Shown here: positions 37,246-49,878 of the stretch, in pieces | Layout of the letters: each line of letters begins with the position of its first letter | Position numbering within the stretch: position 1 is the stretch's first letter | DNA from: Macrostomum lignano | Lineage: Eukaryota | Reading direction: 5' to 3' | DNA length: 64,000 nt | Assembly (NCBI GenBank): GCA_002269645.1 | Contig: NIVC01000779.1 | Span: forward strand, 20,906-84,905 | Position numbers and translations under genes: made by a program | The notes under the pieces: generated by a model | What the model saw: only the letters and a program-made list of their open reading frames with translations | Database searches by the model: none | Told to the model about the DNA's origin: nothing

Positions 37246-37989
37246 TAGACCGTTCGCTCACCAGACTAGAAAAATTCCCTTTCACAACACGGAATTGTCA
37301 GTAAAGTGAAAAAACTTGATGAAATTAATAGAATCTGTTGCATTTAAAAAAATCCCATTGAAATAAAAAATGGGCACACAGAAAAACCAGGGGATCAAAC
37401 CCAATCCTTTCATCCAGTTGACCCACTTCCGTTTGCAGCAACAAATTGAATAAAAAATTTAGGCAGATCTGAAACCCCGTCTAGTTGAAAGCATGCTGAA
37501 ATAGCTACCATTTATTTTTACAACTCATTGTTTCAACCCTCCAACCTAAACTATCCGCAGAATCTGGTCCTAAGACGCGTTTCCTGCAATTTCGGTTATA
37601 CCGAGAGACGGCTTCAAGGGAAACAGGGGGAGCTGAAGGAAGGAAAGAAGGTATGTAAAAAAAGCAAGTCTTTTGGAATTGGATGCATTAACAATACCAG
37701 AATGGATAAAAAACGTATGGCTTGAGCGCGTATTTTTTCATTATAACATTGCCACATGTTACCCGACGGACTCCATCCTTATTGAGGCTGATTTTGTTTA
37801 TTTAAGCTAAAAGGAAGCCACCGTCTACTGCCTATATGACTTTTAGCTCGGCTTTTAACTCTGAGAATCGGGTTAATTCTTCTTAATTGTGTGCTAGAAA
37901 GTCAAACAAATATTATATTTGCTTTGGATGCTGGACACGTGTGTTTTCTCACTGAGGGTGATGGTGTAATTCTGAAATTTAGATAAACT

Positions 37990-38382
37990 AGTCAGTCAGT
38001 CAGTCAGTCAGTCAGTCAGTCAGTCAGTCAGTCAGTCAGTCAGTCAGTCAGTCAGTCAGTCAGTCAGTCAGTCAGTCAGTCAGTCAGTCAGTCAGTCAGT
38101 CAGTCAGTCAGTCAGTCAGTCAGCCAGCCAGTCAGTCAGTCAGTCAGTCAGTCAGTCAGTCAGTCAGTCAGTCAGTCAGTCAGTCAGTCAGTCAGTCAGT
38201 CAGTCAGTCAGTCAGTCAGTCAGTCAGTCAGTCAGTCAGTCAGTCAGTCAGTCAGTCAGTCAGTCAGTCAGTCAGTCAGTCAGTCAGTCAGTCAGTCAGT
38301 CAGTCAGTCAGTCAGTTAGTCAGTCAGTCAGTCAGTCAGTCAGTCAGTCAGTCAGTCAGTCAGTCAGGCAGTCAGTCAGTCA
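37990..38382. repeat. (AGTC)n microsatellite
   Basis: Same motif as 2661-3057, on the opposite strand. Confidence 0.97.
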
Positions 38383-39107
38383 GGTTTTAATCAAAGCTTT
38401 GATCTAAGCCTTTAGTGGTCTGCAAAATAGGAAGGTTGGAGACGGTGCTGCTACGAGGTACTCCAGTTTCTGGCTCTGTAAATCGCCTCGGTTGAGGCGA
38501 GTTGCAGACAGACCCCCTGGCGCCATCGAGTGCCGCTTCTTACACACAGTTGAAAAGTTGCAGAAATCATTTCATATTCTCGAACTGCAGAGGCGACACT
38601 GAGCGGCCGATTTTTCCCACTTTAATCCAGCAATACGCGGAATCGTTTGAAGACTTGTTGCGCATAAGAGGGGGGTGGGTTATACCGTGGACAATCAACG
38701 CTAACACCTAGGCAGGTTAGGGTAGGTGAGACTCTTCTTAATTTTTTGACTTCATTCCCTGCCCAAGTCTATCGTATATAAATGCGAGGCCAAATAATTC
38801 CCCAAAAGCAGACTGGGCGGCGCCTTGCAGCGCGAAATCGATTTCCCTGCTGCGTTGCCCTGCAGCTAACATTGAAAAAATTCTCCCATAAGCTGTTGGC
38901 GGGCATCGGGATTGGGAGAAAAGGATTCAGCGGTTGATTAAAGCTGGGAAATTGGGGAGAAACTTCCCAGACTGTGAGGGAAGATGGTGGCCACACTTGG
39001 TTCGGGAAATGATGGAATTTGCTTTCGGCAGGAAACTTGATTTTGATTGAGTTTTTTTTAAATCGGATTTAAGAAGCATGGGAATTTTGAGGTAGGACCA
39101 GTTTGGG

Positions 39108-39670
39108 GTTCGGTGAAACTGTGATTGGTGAAGATTTGGTTCGGTGAAACTGTGATTGGTGAAGATTTGGTTCGGTGAAACTGTGATTGGTGAAGATTTG
39201 GTTCGGTGAAACTGTGATTGGTGAAGATTTGGTTCGGTGAAACTGTGATTGGTGAAGATTTGGTTCGGTGAAACTGTGATTGGTGAAGATTTGGTTCGGT
39301 GAAACTGTGATTGGTGAAGATTTGGTTCGGTGAAACTGTGATTGGTGAAGATTTGGTTCGGTGAAACTGTGATTGGTGAAGATTTGGTTCGGTGAAACTG
39401 TGATTGGTGAAGATTTGGTTCGGTGAAACTGTGATTGGTGAAGATTTGGTTCGGTGAAACTGTAATTGGTGAAGATTTGGTTCGGTGAAACTGTGATTGG
39501 TGAAGATTTGGTTCGGTGAAACTGTGATTGGTGAAGATTCGGGTTAGTAAAACTGATTAGTGACGATTCGGGTTAGTGAAACTGTGATTGGTGAAGATTC
39601 GGGTTAGTAAAACTGATTAGTGACGATTCGGGTTAGTGAAACTGTGATTGGTGAAGATTCGGGTTGGTGA
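39108..39670. repeat. 31-bp minisatellite (ggttcggtgaaactgtgattggtgaagattt)
   Basis: About 18 near-identical units. Confidence 0.95.
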
Positions 39671-40950
39671 CACTTTAGATAGGAAAGTTAGATTTAAGAA
39701 ATGGTCAGTGAAATAGAAATGACATATATCTGCAGAAAAAGTGCAGAAGCAGAAAGCTCCCACTGAATAAAGAAAAGTCAGTCATCGCTAGTGAAGTGGC
39801 ACTGGAACACCTTGTATTCAGCACATTTAAGCTAACAAGTTGTAGAAATTAAAAAAATCATCTCATCTCTAAAACTATACAAGGCATTGCCCTACTCGAC
39901 AAATATGGATTGTCAATTATAAGAAGGCCATTAACGGATGCTGAGGATTTCCAAACGCCAGTCCAGTTGGTTGTTTAGCACGTCAATCAATCAATGAGTG
40001 CGTGGATAATTGGGGGGAATACTGCTACAGGTTGGTAAATTCTTTAGGGAAAAAAAATGGCACTTGGATGTTTTTCTTATGACAGCTAAACCCAGCTAAT
40101 GGGGCTTGCAGTGCGTTTGATAAAAAAATCCTATAAAATAAAAGACAATTACCTGTCATTATGGTAATGTGACTGACTGCATTAGCAGAAAGGGCAAGTC
40201 TCTAAGTTAATAGTTCTATAGACTCAGAAATGATCGCTAGATATAGAATTGTCGCCCTAAAATATTTAGATTTGGCGCCCTAAAATATTTAGATTTGGCG
40301 CCCTACAATATTTAGATTTGGCCCCTTAAAATATTCAGATTTGGCGCCCTACCATATTTAGAATTGGCGGTTGTTTATATTCAATTAAAACGCAGCTTGG
40401 CATACTTTCAAATAAAATTTTACTCGTTAAAATACGAGTAATTCAGCCAGCACCAATAGGCTACAAATGATTACGTAATCAAAAGGTTTGACCCGTAGCG
40501 CAACCAATGGGATCGTATGCGGGATTTTTCATAAATTTTCTCATTTCTATTAGGAACCAAATCAATTGGTGAAAAAACTTCATGTCCTAAACAGTGAAAG
40601 AAAATTAACTGCCTGCATACTCTCTCATTTCTGCTTCTGGTGGCTGTCATGTCTCGATAGAATGAAATCACAAATAATTCAAACACATGCAGATTGCGGT
40701 GCATATTCTGCTATAATTCGAATAGAAAGAGTTTCACATTGAATGCAGAAATCCATCCATGCAAGGGGAGAGTGCTAAACCAGTTCCAGTTTCAAGACAC
40801 TGCATGGCTCTGCAGAGAGAGAATAAAGTGAAAACAACTGCCTCGGCTGCTGCATAGCGAACTTCTTCATGGCTGAGTTCGTGACTGAAGAAATTCGTGT
40901 CTCTCGGCCGGTTTTCCTGACCGCGCACGGAATCGCGCACGGTACTCTGT

Positions 40951-41577
<627 letters not shown>

Positions 41578-43009
41578 GGCAAGCACAAGAGTCGAACACA
41601 TTCAAATGCTACCACAAAAGTAGAACTCAATCCCAATTTCCAGTGTTGGGCACAGTTAATGACAATTTTAATTTTCTTTTATGGTAAAAGCATTAGCGCA
41701 GATGTGAATTTGTGCACTTGATCATCCAAGTCAAGAGAGAGAGGGGGAGAGAGGGAAGAGTGTTCAGTTCAAGAGACGTGTGACTCCATAGTCTGATCCT
41801 TGTGCCCGCTGCTGCTCTTCCTGCTCTGAATGCTGCATCTCAGCTTCTCCCAGAGCTGAAGCGGCTCCCCAAATCCATGGCGCAGCAGGGGGGGGGGGGC
41901 TGCGGTTTTCTAAACTGATCCTGAGGAAGTCGCTTCGCTTCTTTGAGGAAAATGCGTCTGAGAGAGGGGGGCACTGATTGACAGGGTTGGGTGGGGATAG
42001 TAGCTGCGGAGGCTGTCAATGCGGCCTCAAGGCCTGCTTCATCATACAAAGGTCTGGGACAGAAATGCGGATTATTCTAAAACTCAGTCATAGGAGGTGG
42101 CCTGCAACCCCCAGCCTTGCCCTTACCCGCCTCAAAATCTCGCAGAGGGAATAAAGAATTATTTTCAAATCTTTCAGCACATGAGGTGGAGACAAAAATA
42201 CTTTGCCCGGCGATTATGGGAATTTTTAGCATATTTACTAATCTTTAGTAAACAGGCGAAGGTGTACAGTCCTAGAAAATTCGGGTTGGCTTTATTTTTA
42301 AATAAAGAATTATGATTGAGATTAAGGTTTTGAGCTGATATTCTTTAAGTGTGAAACTCTCAAGGGTGAGATCTCAAACTGCTGAGAGTCTTAAGGGTGA
42401 GGACTCAAACGGCTGAGAGTCTCAAAGGTGAGATCTCAAGGGTAAGACTAGAGATCTCAAACTGCTGAGACTCTCAAGGGTGAGATCTCAAGGGAGGGGA
42501 CTCAAACGACTGAGACTCTCAAGGATGAGGTATTAACGGAGAAGACTCAACAAATCTCCCTAGAGAGGAGAGGCCGCACCCGAAGCGAAGTGTGTCGCAG
42601 TGTTAGAAAAAAGGGTATTTAATAAACTCAACAAACATGGCTGTTGAATGAAACCATACATATTACAGCAGCCATATATATATATATAGTCACGCTCGCA
42701 AAAGCAACAATAGGAGCACTTATAATCCGTGCCAAATTAGAATTTGCGCCCGATTCTGGTTGGTTTCCATGATACACCTTCGTGAGAAGAAACCATTGTT
42801 TTGGGCATACGCGCAGATTATTGCTTAAGCAGCTGCGGTCCACATTTTGATTTGGATTTTATTAATAATCTCTGTTCTCTGAGAGATTTCTTTTTAGAAA
42901 AAAATGGTTTTCGAGCGTATGAGCTGGAGTAATGCATTATTGTGCAACAGTTTGGCATGCAATTTGAAGTGCCGATTACAAAAGGGGCACCAATTGTATA
43001 GAAGAGGGG

Positions 43010-43570
43010 TGCAAACTTCAGGGGAAAAGGGCGACAACTTCAGGGAAAAAGGGCACCAACTTCAGGGGAAAACGGGCGCCAACTTCAGGGGAAAACGGGC
43101 GCCAACTTCAGGGGAAAACGGGCGACAACTTCAGGGAAAGGGGCGACAACTTCAGGGAAAGGGGCGCCAACTTCAGGGAAAGGGGCGCCAACTTCGAAGA
43201 AAGGGGCGACAACTTCAGGGGAAAACGGGCGACAACTTCAGGGAAAGGGACGCCAACTTCGAAGAAAGGGGCGAGAACTTCAGGGAAAGGGGCGCCAACT
43301 TCGAAGAAAAGGGCGACAACTTCAGGGGAAAACGGGCGACAACTTCAGGGAAAGGGGCGCCAACTTCAGGGGAAAACGGGCGACAACTTCAGGGAAAGGG
43401 GCGCCAACTTCAGGGAAAGGAGCGCCAACTTCGAAGAAAGGGGCGACAACTTCAGGAGAAAACGGGCGACAACTTCAGGGAAAGGGGCGACAACTTCAGG
43501 GAAAGGGGCGCCAACTTCGAAGAAAGGGGCGACAACTTCAGGGAAAGGGGCGACAACTTCAGGGAAAGTG
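43010..43570. repeat. 21-22-bp minisatellite (ggggcgccaacttcagggaaa)
   Basis: About 26 units. Confidence 0.9.
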
Positions 43571-44047
43571 GCGCGAACGCTTCAATCTTGAAAGGGTACC
43601 AACAGAGTAAGTGGCGCCAACTGCAGGGGCGCCAACCAAGGCGCCAAGGGGAGGGGAACAGTCACCGGCTATACAATTATACATTTTTCCCATTAAACTC
43701 AGGAGCTCATAACTCAAATGCATGCATTGATAAATGAAAGACAAGCTTTCCGTATCTATTTACCCCCTATAGCTCCCAAACAAAGTAGATTGATTTCCTT
43801 CAGACTCATCGTATTACATGCAGGCTTATTAAAGACGATTAGGTATAGAAAAAAGCAACATTGCATATAGTATACACTCGTCATTGTATGATTTATAGAA
43901 CAGATGAATATCAGCGCACGCAGAGAATCAACAAGCATATCATGTTTTTGATTCGACCGAATCGAAAGTTAAGTCAGTCAGTGAGTGATACACAATGCTC
44001 TATATTGATATTAAACATGTGCGCTATGCTCAATTTGACTGACTCAC

Positions 44048-44797
44048 CTGATGGCAAATCTTGCACTTGAAGCCGCGGAAAGGCGGTGGCTCAAACGGAC
44101 CGTGCCCGGCTGCCGCTGCCGCCGCCGCTGCTGCTGTTGCCGGTGAAAGAGCCGAGGTCGACGACGAGGCGGCGGCGGCGGCTGCGGCGGCAGCGGCGGC
44201 AGCGGCTGAGGCGGCCATGGACTTTGTCGGAGTGGCGCAGGCGGAGTCTCCTGCGCCGCCTCCGCTGCCTCCGCTGCCGACGCCAAACGGTGTCACGAAA
44301 GGTCCTCCGAGGCAAGCCGCCGCTGCAGCCGACTGCTGCTGCTGTTGCTGCTGCTGTTGATGCTGTTGATGCTGTTGCTGAAGCTGCTGAAGCTGCTGCT
44401 GCTGTTGCTGCTGCAGAGACTGCTCCTGCGGTTCGGACTTCCTCACGCAGCCGGCTGTGGCAGCGGCAGCCGCGGCGGCGGCGGCGACAGACTCCGAATG
44501 ATGATGCTGGTGCTGGTGCTGGTGATACTGCTGCCTGTGGTGCTCGCTGATGATGGCGCCGGGGTAGCCAAGGCGGTAGAGATTCTCGAAGTCCGGGGCG
44601 GCATGGTGATAGGAGCCCGGGTAGCTCAGCGGCCAGAAAAATGGCGGCGGTGGCGGCGGCGGCTGGTAACCATGATGAGGCTGCTGAGGCGGAGGCTGGG
44701 CGCCCGGCTGATGCAGCTGGTGATGCTGCAGCTGATGATGCTGGTGCAGTCGAGTTGAATGCCGATCAGCCGGGACAGCGGCGGAGTCAAAGTCCAT
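44048..44797 (-). CDS. rn: Rotund/lin-29-family zinc-finger factor, exon 1 (polyQ/polyA/His-rich N-terminus and start of finger 1)
   Basis: ATG 44797 (MDFDSAA). Ends GFKCKICHQ|gtgagt in phase 0 and joins LCFNKQDLLLHNSSVH to complete a C2H2 finger. Full protein ~547 aa with 6 fingers. Confidence 0.78.
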
Positions 44798-45294
44798 TGC
44801 GGTGTTTGAATTTGGGATTATTCTATATTTTTTTTGTCCAAAAACTTTTGTTCGCTTCTGGCCAGCCAAAGTTGGTAAGCGGCTAAATAAATGTGTAAAA
44901 AATTGCCAACTTTCTTGGGCTGCAAGTAGGAGCGGCTTTTTTCGGAGCTGGTTCCGAAAGCTGCTTTTTCTTCGGGTCTCCGGTTCGACAGGGGGAGGGG
45001 CGGCCTTTTAAAAAAGCGGCTGAGGGAGACCCGGGAGCGGAGGGGAGGGTGGGAGGTGCCGTGCGGGTTGCAAAGTATTTTTTTTCACAAAAAAGAGAGC
45101 GGGATCAGGGATCCCAGGATCCTTTCGAGGGATTGGAGAGAAGAGAGGCAGGCTGAGGGCGGGGCGCCACCCCCTCCCTACCTGTCCAATAGGCAGCCTC
45201 CGAGCCTTTTTATCAAATTCTTTTTCCCCATGAGCTCCAGTTCTACAACAGAAATTTCCTATGATTTGGGATCCCAAATCTTCCCCATCTGCCC

Positions 45295-45780
45295 CCCGTT
45301 AAACCCCAACTCTCTCTCCATCCGCCCCCCTTTAAACCCCAACTCTCTCTCCATCCGCCCCCCTTTAAACCCCAACTCTCTCTCCATCCGCCCCCCTTTA
45401 AACCCCAAGTCTCTCCGATCCGCCCCCCTTTAAACCCCAAGTCTCTCTCCATCCGCCCCCCTTTAAACCCCAACTCTCTCTCCATCCGCCCCCCTTTAAA
45501 CCCCAAGTCTCTCCGATCCGCTCCCCTTTAAAACCCCAAGTCTCTCCGATCCGCCCCCCTTTAAACCCCAAGTCTCTCCCCATCCGCCTCCCTTTAAACC
45601 CCAACTCTCTCCCCATCCGCCCCCCTTTAAACCCCAAGTCTCTCCCATCCGCTCCCCTTTAAAACCCCAAGTCTCTCCGATCCGCCCCCCTTTAAAGCCC
45701 AAGTCTCTCTAATCCGCCCCCCTTTAAACCCCAAGTCTCTCCCCAATCCTCCCCTTTAAACCCCAAATCTCTCCCCATCC
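45295..45780. repeat. ~33-bp C-rich minisatellite (ccgcccccctttaaaccccaactctctctccat)
   Basis: About 15 units upstream of the zinc-finger gene. Confidence 0.9.
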
Positions 45781-46734
45781 GCCCGCCATCCGTCGATCAT
45801 CTCTTTATCTTTTAAAACTGCAAATCAACTGCAGCGAAGGCAGCCGACCCGGACCTCACACACAAGACCTGTCCATAGCAGCTTAAAACTTACAGGCGCG
45901 CAAAACTTCAAACGCCTACCAGCTGCCGTCACTTATAAAACCTATACAGCCACTGACCAGAGTCCCGATCGCACAATGATGGTGAATGGTCTTCAAGGAT
46001 TCACTGCACACCGCAAGAAGGCGTGGTCTTCGTCCACAGACTCCACACCACTCGATTAATAAAGGCGGAATCCACAAATGCTATTTATTATGGAAAGGTG
46101 TGAAAAAAAATCCCACACCTCATCCTCATCAAAGAAGGAACTATACGAGCGAACTAAAGGCGTTCTTTTGTGCTTGGAAAAAGCAACTCATGCAAAAAAT
46201 CGACAATGCGAAAAGTTGCGAAAAACCCACGCTGAACCGCGCGTGCCAAGCGTGCCGTCTTTGAAGCTGAGGGACTTGACCGTGAGCAAAGAGGAAGTCT
46301 GAGTACGTACTCAACTGAATACGCTAGTATGAAGTTTTTTAAGTTAAAAAATACCCCGATCAGACGGGCGAACGTTCTTTAAGGTTATCTATAAAAAATG
46401 ACAAAAATCGTGGAAAATTTTGCCGAATTCGAAGCCATTATTGGTTTCTTTTGCTTTGCGTGCACACCTGGACTGTTTTATTTAAATGTACGCGAGAGTT
46501 GCACTGTTCTACTGTTAGTAAGAGAAATTAAATTTTAGCTCCTAAAAGATTTATATAATTCAGATTAGTCCATCTATTTTCTATATTCTCGTAGTAACTC
46601 CATGTTTTTGCTGAAAAAAGTCTAAAAAACCAAAGTTTATAACCTTTAATAGTCTGCAGCTGAACATTTTATGATCAGAGATAGTCAAATCAAATGATCC
46701 AATTCGTTTATTATATATCCCAATGGTTCAGTCT

Positions 46735-47356
46735 ATAACCAATTAGTCCAGTGCATGACTGAATTAGTCCAATCTATGACTCAATTAGTCCAATCTATGA
46801 CTCAATTAGTCCAATCTATGACTGAATTAATCCAATCTATGACTCAATTAGTCCAATCTATGACTGAATTAGTCCAATCTATGACTCAATTATTCCAATC
46901 TATGACTCAATTAGTCCAATCAATGACTAAATTAGTCCAATCAATGACTCAATTAGTCCAATCAATGACTCAATTAGTCCAATCAATGACTCAATAAGTC
47001 CAATCAATGACTCAATAAGTCCAATCTATGACTCAATTAGTCCAATATGACTCAATTAAATTCAATCTATGACTGAATTAGTCCAATCTATGACTCAATT
47101 AGTCCAATCTATGACTCAATTAGTCCAATCTATGACTCAATTAGTCCAATATGACTTAATTAAATTCAATATATGACTCAATTAGTCCAATCAATGACTC
47201 AATTAGTCCTCTATGACTCAATTAAGTCCTATCTATGACTGAATTAGTCCAATCTATGACTCAATTAGTCCAATCTATGACTCAATTAGTCCAATCTATG
47301 ACTCAATTAGTCCAATCTATGACTCAATTAGTCCAATCTATGACTCAATTAGTCCG
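46735..47356. repeat. 21-bp minisatellite (tatgactcaattagtccaatc)
   Basis: About 30 units in the intergenic region between divergent genes. Confidence 0.93.
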
Positions 47357-48084
47357 ATCTAGCCCAAGGCTAGCGCAGACACCAATCCTTGAGAACTGTG
47401 TCAGCTGTTTTTACAGAAGTCCCCAATGGCATGGCAACCTCAAGGTATGCTCGTAAGTGCTGCTATCTAAAGGCTGAAAAAATTTTTCTAAGAATCGGAA
47501 GTGAAAATCTTCTCTCTCGAGGCGTGCAGTGACAGCTGTATCAGCTTTTTGCCTTAAAAGACCCCCCTCACCCTCTCCCAGATATCGGAGCCAAGGGAGA
47601 CAGAAACCAAGAAACTGGAGTGACAACTTCAGGCTGACTTTACTTAATTTTCCCTGACTTCGGTTTTAGAATTTAAAATCTAAATAAATTCTTAATAATA
47701 CGAGAAAATAAGTCAAGAAATCAGAAACATTTTGTTCGCCTATATCTTTTTTTCGCGAGATATATCCCAAATATCTGAAATTGGAGCTGCCACTCCAGCT
47801 TCTGGTTTTTCGGCCCTCTTGCCCCAGCGGAATTTCAGAGGAAAAATCCTCTCCTCACTCTTCTCTCTTCCCCTGAATTTGTGTTCCCAACGGTCTGCAG
47901 TACGGATATATATTTGGGATTTTTTGACGATTGTGAAAATTCCCAACTGTCCCCAAGTGCTTTGAGCTTACTTATATGGGAATGAGCCAGCCAATCCCAT
48001 AAGCTGGGGTAGGATATCTCTTAATCTTCTCCATTCTTCATTAAAAAGCTGATTCCTAGAAACCAAGTCGAATTCGAGAGAGAT

Positions 48085-48339
48085 ATGACTGATAAATCAT
48101 TAGCTGATGATGACTCGGACGAGATCGAATCGATACAGGACTCAAATTTGAGCAGTCGACCAGGATGGAGACGCTACGCGGTGGCTTGGCTGAGCTGTCT
48201 GGGACTCATGCTTGTCCTGGCCATGCGCTCGGAGATTGGGATCGCCATCATCCAGATGACTAGGAAGGAGACTGAGCGGGTGCCATTCTTCGACTCAAAG
48301 AGGAACGATACAGAGTACAGGACAGAGATTGTGCAGGAG
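48085..48339 (+). CDS. SLC17 family (VGLUT/sialin-like) transporter, exon 1
   Basis: RRYAVAWLSCLGLMLVLAMRSEIGIAIIQMT matches the SLC17 RY..A....LG......R....VA...M motif. Donor gag|gtgagg, phase 0. Confidence 0.82.
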
Positions 48340-49004
48340 GTGAGGCCACTGTGTCAAAATCTGATTGATATACTTGAAGCCGAGTTTCCGCAAGAAAATC
48401 TCAAATCCTATCTTAATTCACAACTTCATAAAAATCTAAACTCAAATCCCAAATATTTCTAAAATCGCATCTCAAATTCCGAATCCCAATTGTATCATAA
48501 AATATCCCATCTCAAAGTCCGAATCCCAATTGTATCATGAGAAATCCCATATCAAAGTCCGAATCCCAATTGTATCATAAAATATCCCATCTCAAAGTTT
48601 GAATCCAATTGTATCATAAAATATCCCATCTCAAAGTCCGAATCCCGATTGCATCATAAAATATCCCATCTCAAAGTCCGAATCCAATCGTATCATAAAA
48701 TATCCCATCTCAAAGTCCGAATCCAATCGTATCATAAAATATCCCATCTCAAAGTCCGCATCCCAATTGCATCATGAGAAATCCCATCTCAAAGTCCGAA
48801 TCCCAATTGTATTGTGAGTTTTGGTGTTCGTTGTGTTGGCTGTTTTGGGGGTTGGCCTGCGCTGGGGGCTTGGGCACGCTTTTATTCACCTGAACCTATA
48901 TCGATCGAAATGTACGCGCGTACATAGTGAATGACAAATATATATATCGACTAACTTGGCCTTTGAGCCCTCGTACTGATTTTCTCGCAATTCTGGTCTT
49001 ACAC

Positions 49005-49015
49005 TGGTGGCAGCG
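49005..49015 (+). promoter_or_regulatory. Primer-binding site, tRNA-Leu type
   Basis: tggtggcagcg, 1 nt after the 5' LTR, complementary to the 3' end ...CGCTGCCACCA recalled for eukaryotic tRNA-Leu. Confidence 0.7.
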
Positions 49016-49042
49016 AAGCCCAATTCAAGTTGGCAGATCAGA

Positions 49043-49878
49043 ATGGAAGAGCGAGATGAGAAGAGCAACGACGCCAGTTTGCTACCGCCCAAGTTTAGTG
49101 GCCAATCAAACGTGCACTTTTGGCTGAGCATCTTTGAAGACTTCGCCGAAGACAAGAATTGGGACGATGCAAAGCGTGCCTCCAAAGTGAAGCTCCTGCT
49201 GAGAGGGGAGGCCCAGGTCTGTGTTGGGACATGCCAGATGCCGATAAAAAGAGTTATGAGAAAATCAAGGCACTTCTTCTCCAGCAGTACGGCGGCTCTG
49301 CCAATCAGCACCGCGCCATGCAGGAGTTCCAAGGTCGACAACGAAAGAATGGCGAGTCAATCAGGGAGCTCTCGTTCGCTCTCAGGCTGCTGTACATGAG
49401 AGCCCGCCCGGATGACCCATCAACGCTCCGTGATCGGGAGGTCAAGTTTAGAATTATCCAGCTATTAAGCGCAGGGATACGCGAAGCCCTGCTCAAGGAG
49501 AGCGACTCGGATACATGCACGCTGGGCACGCTGGTCGAGAGAGCCACCAGACTGGAGCAGGTGATGAGCAAGAACACGCCCGCAAGTTCGTCTATGGTCT
49601 CCGTGGTTGACGACCGGCTGTCCCGACTCGAGCAGCAGCTGGAGACACTGACAGCTGCCGTGACAAGCGGCGCCGCTAGAGGAGGCCGCGCTGGACCAGG
49701 TGACCGTCGGCAGGCCCAGAGAGCATCCGGTTGCTACCAGTGCGGCAAAGACGGTCACATCGCGCGCAGATGTCCAACTAAAGGTGCCCACAAGCAAGGT
49801 CGGTGCTTCAACTGCTCCGGTTGGGGCCACAATGCAGCGGCCTGCCCAAGTAAAGCCCGGCCGGCGGGAAACTTCTGA
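49043..49878 (+). CDS. Gag (two CCHC knuckles), interrupted by a 1-nt frameshift at ~49224
   Basis: ATG 49043. N-terminal part in ORF 49007, remainder in ORF 49159 with CYQCGKDGHIARRC and CFNCSGWGHNAAAC. Confidence 0.88.

Noticed and set aside
36261-37285. Overlapping ORFs of 100-200 aa
   Set aside because: Products of the 23/24-bp minisatellite with no domain content.
42904-43737. 277-aa ORF on +
   Set aside because: Almost entirely the 21-22-bp minisatellite, antisense within an intron.
45986-46302. Two overlapping 74-92-aa ORFs in the divergent intergenic region
   Set aside because: No recognisable domain or supporting splice pattern.
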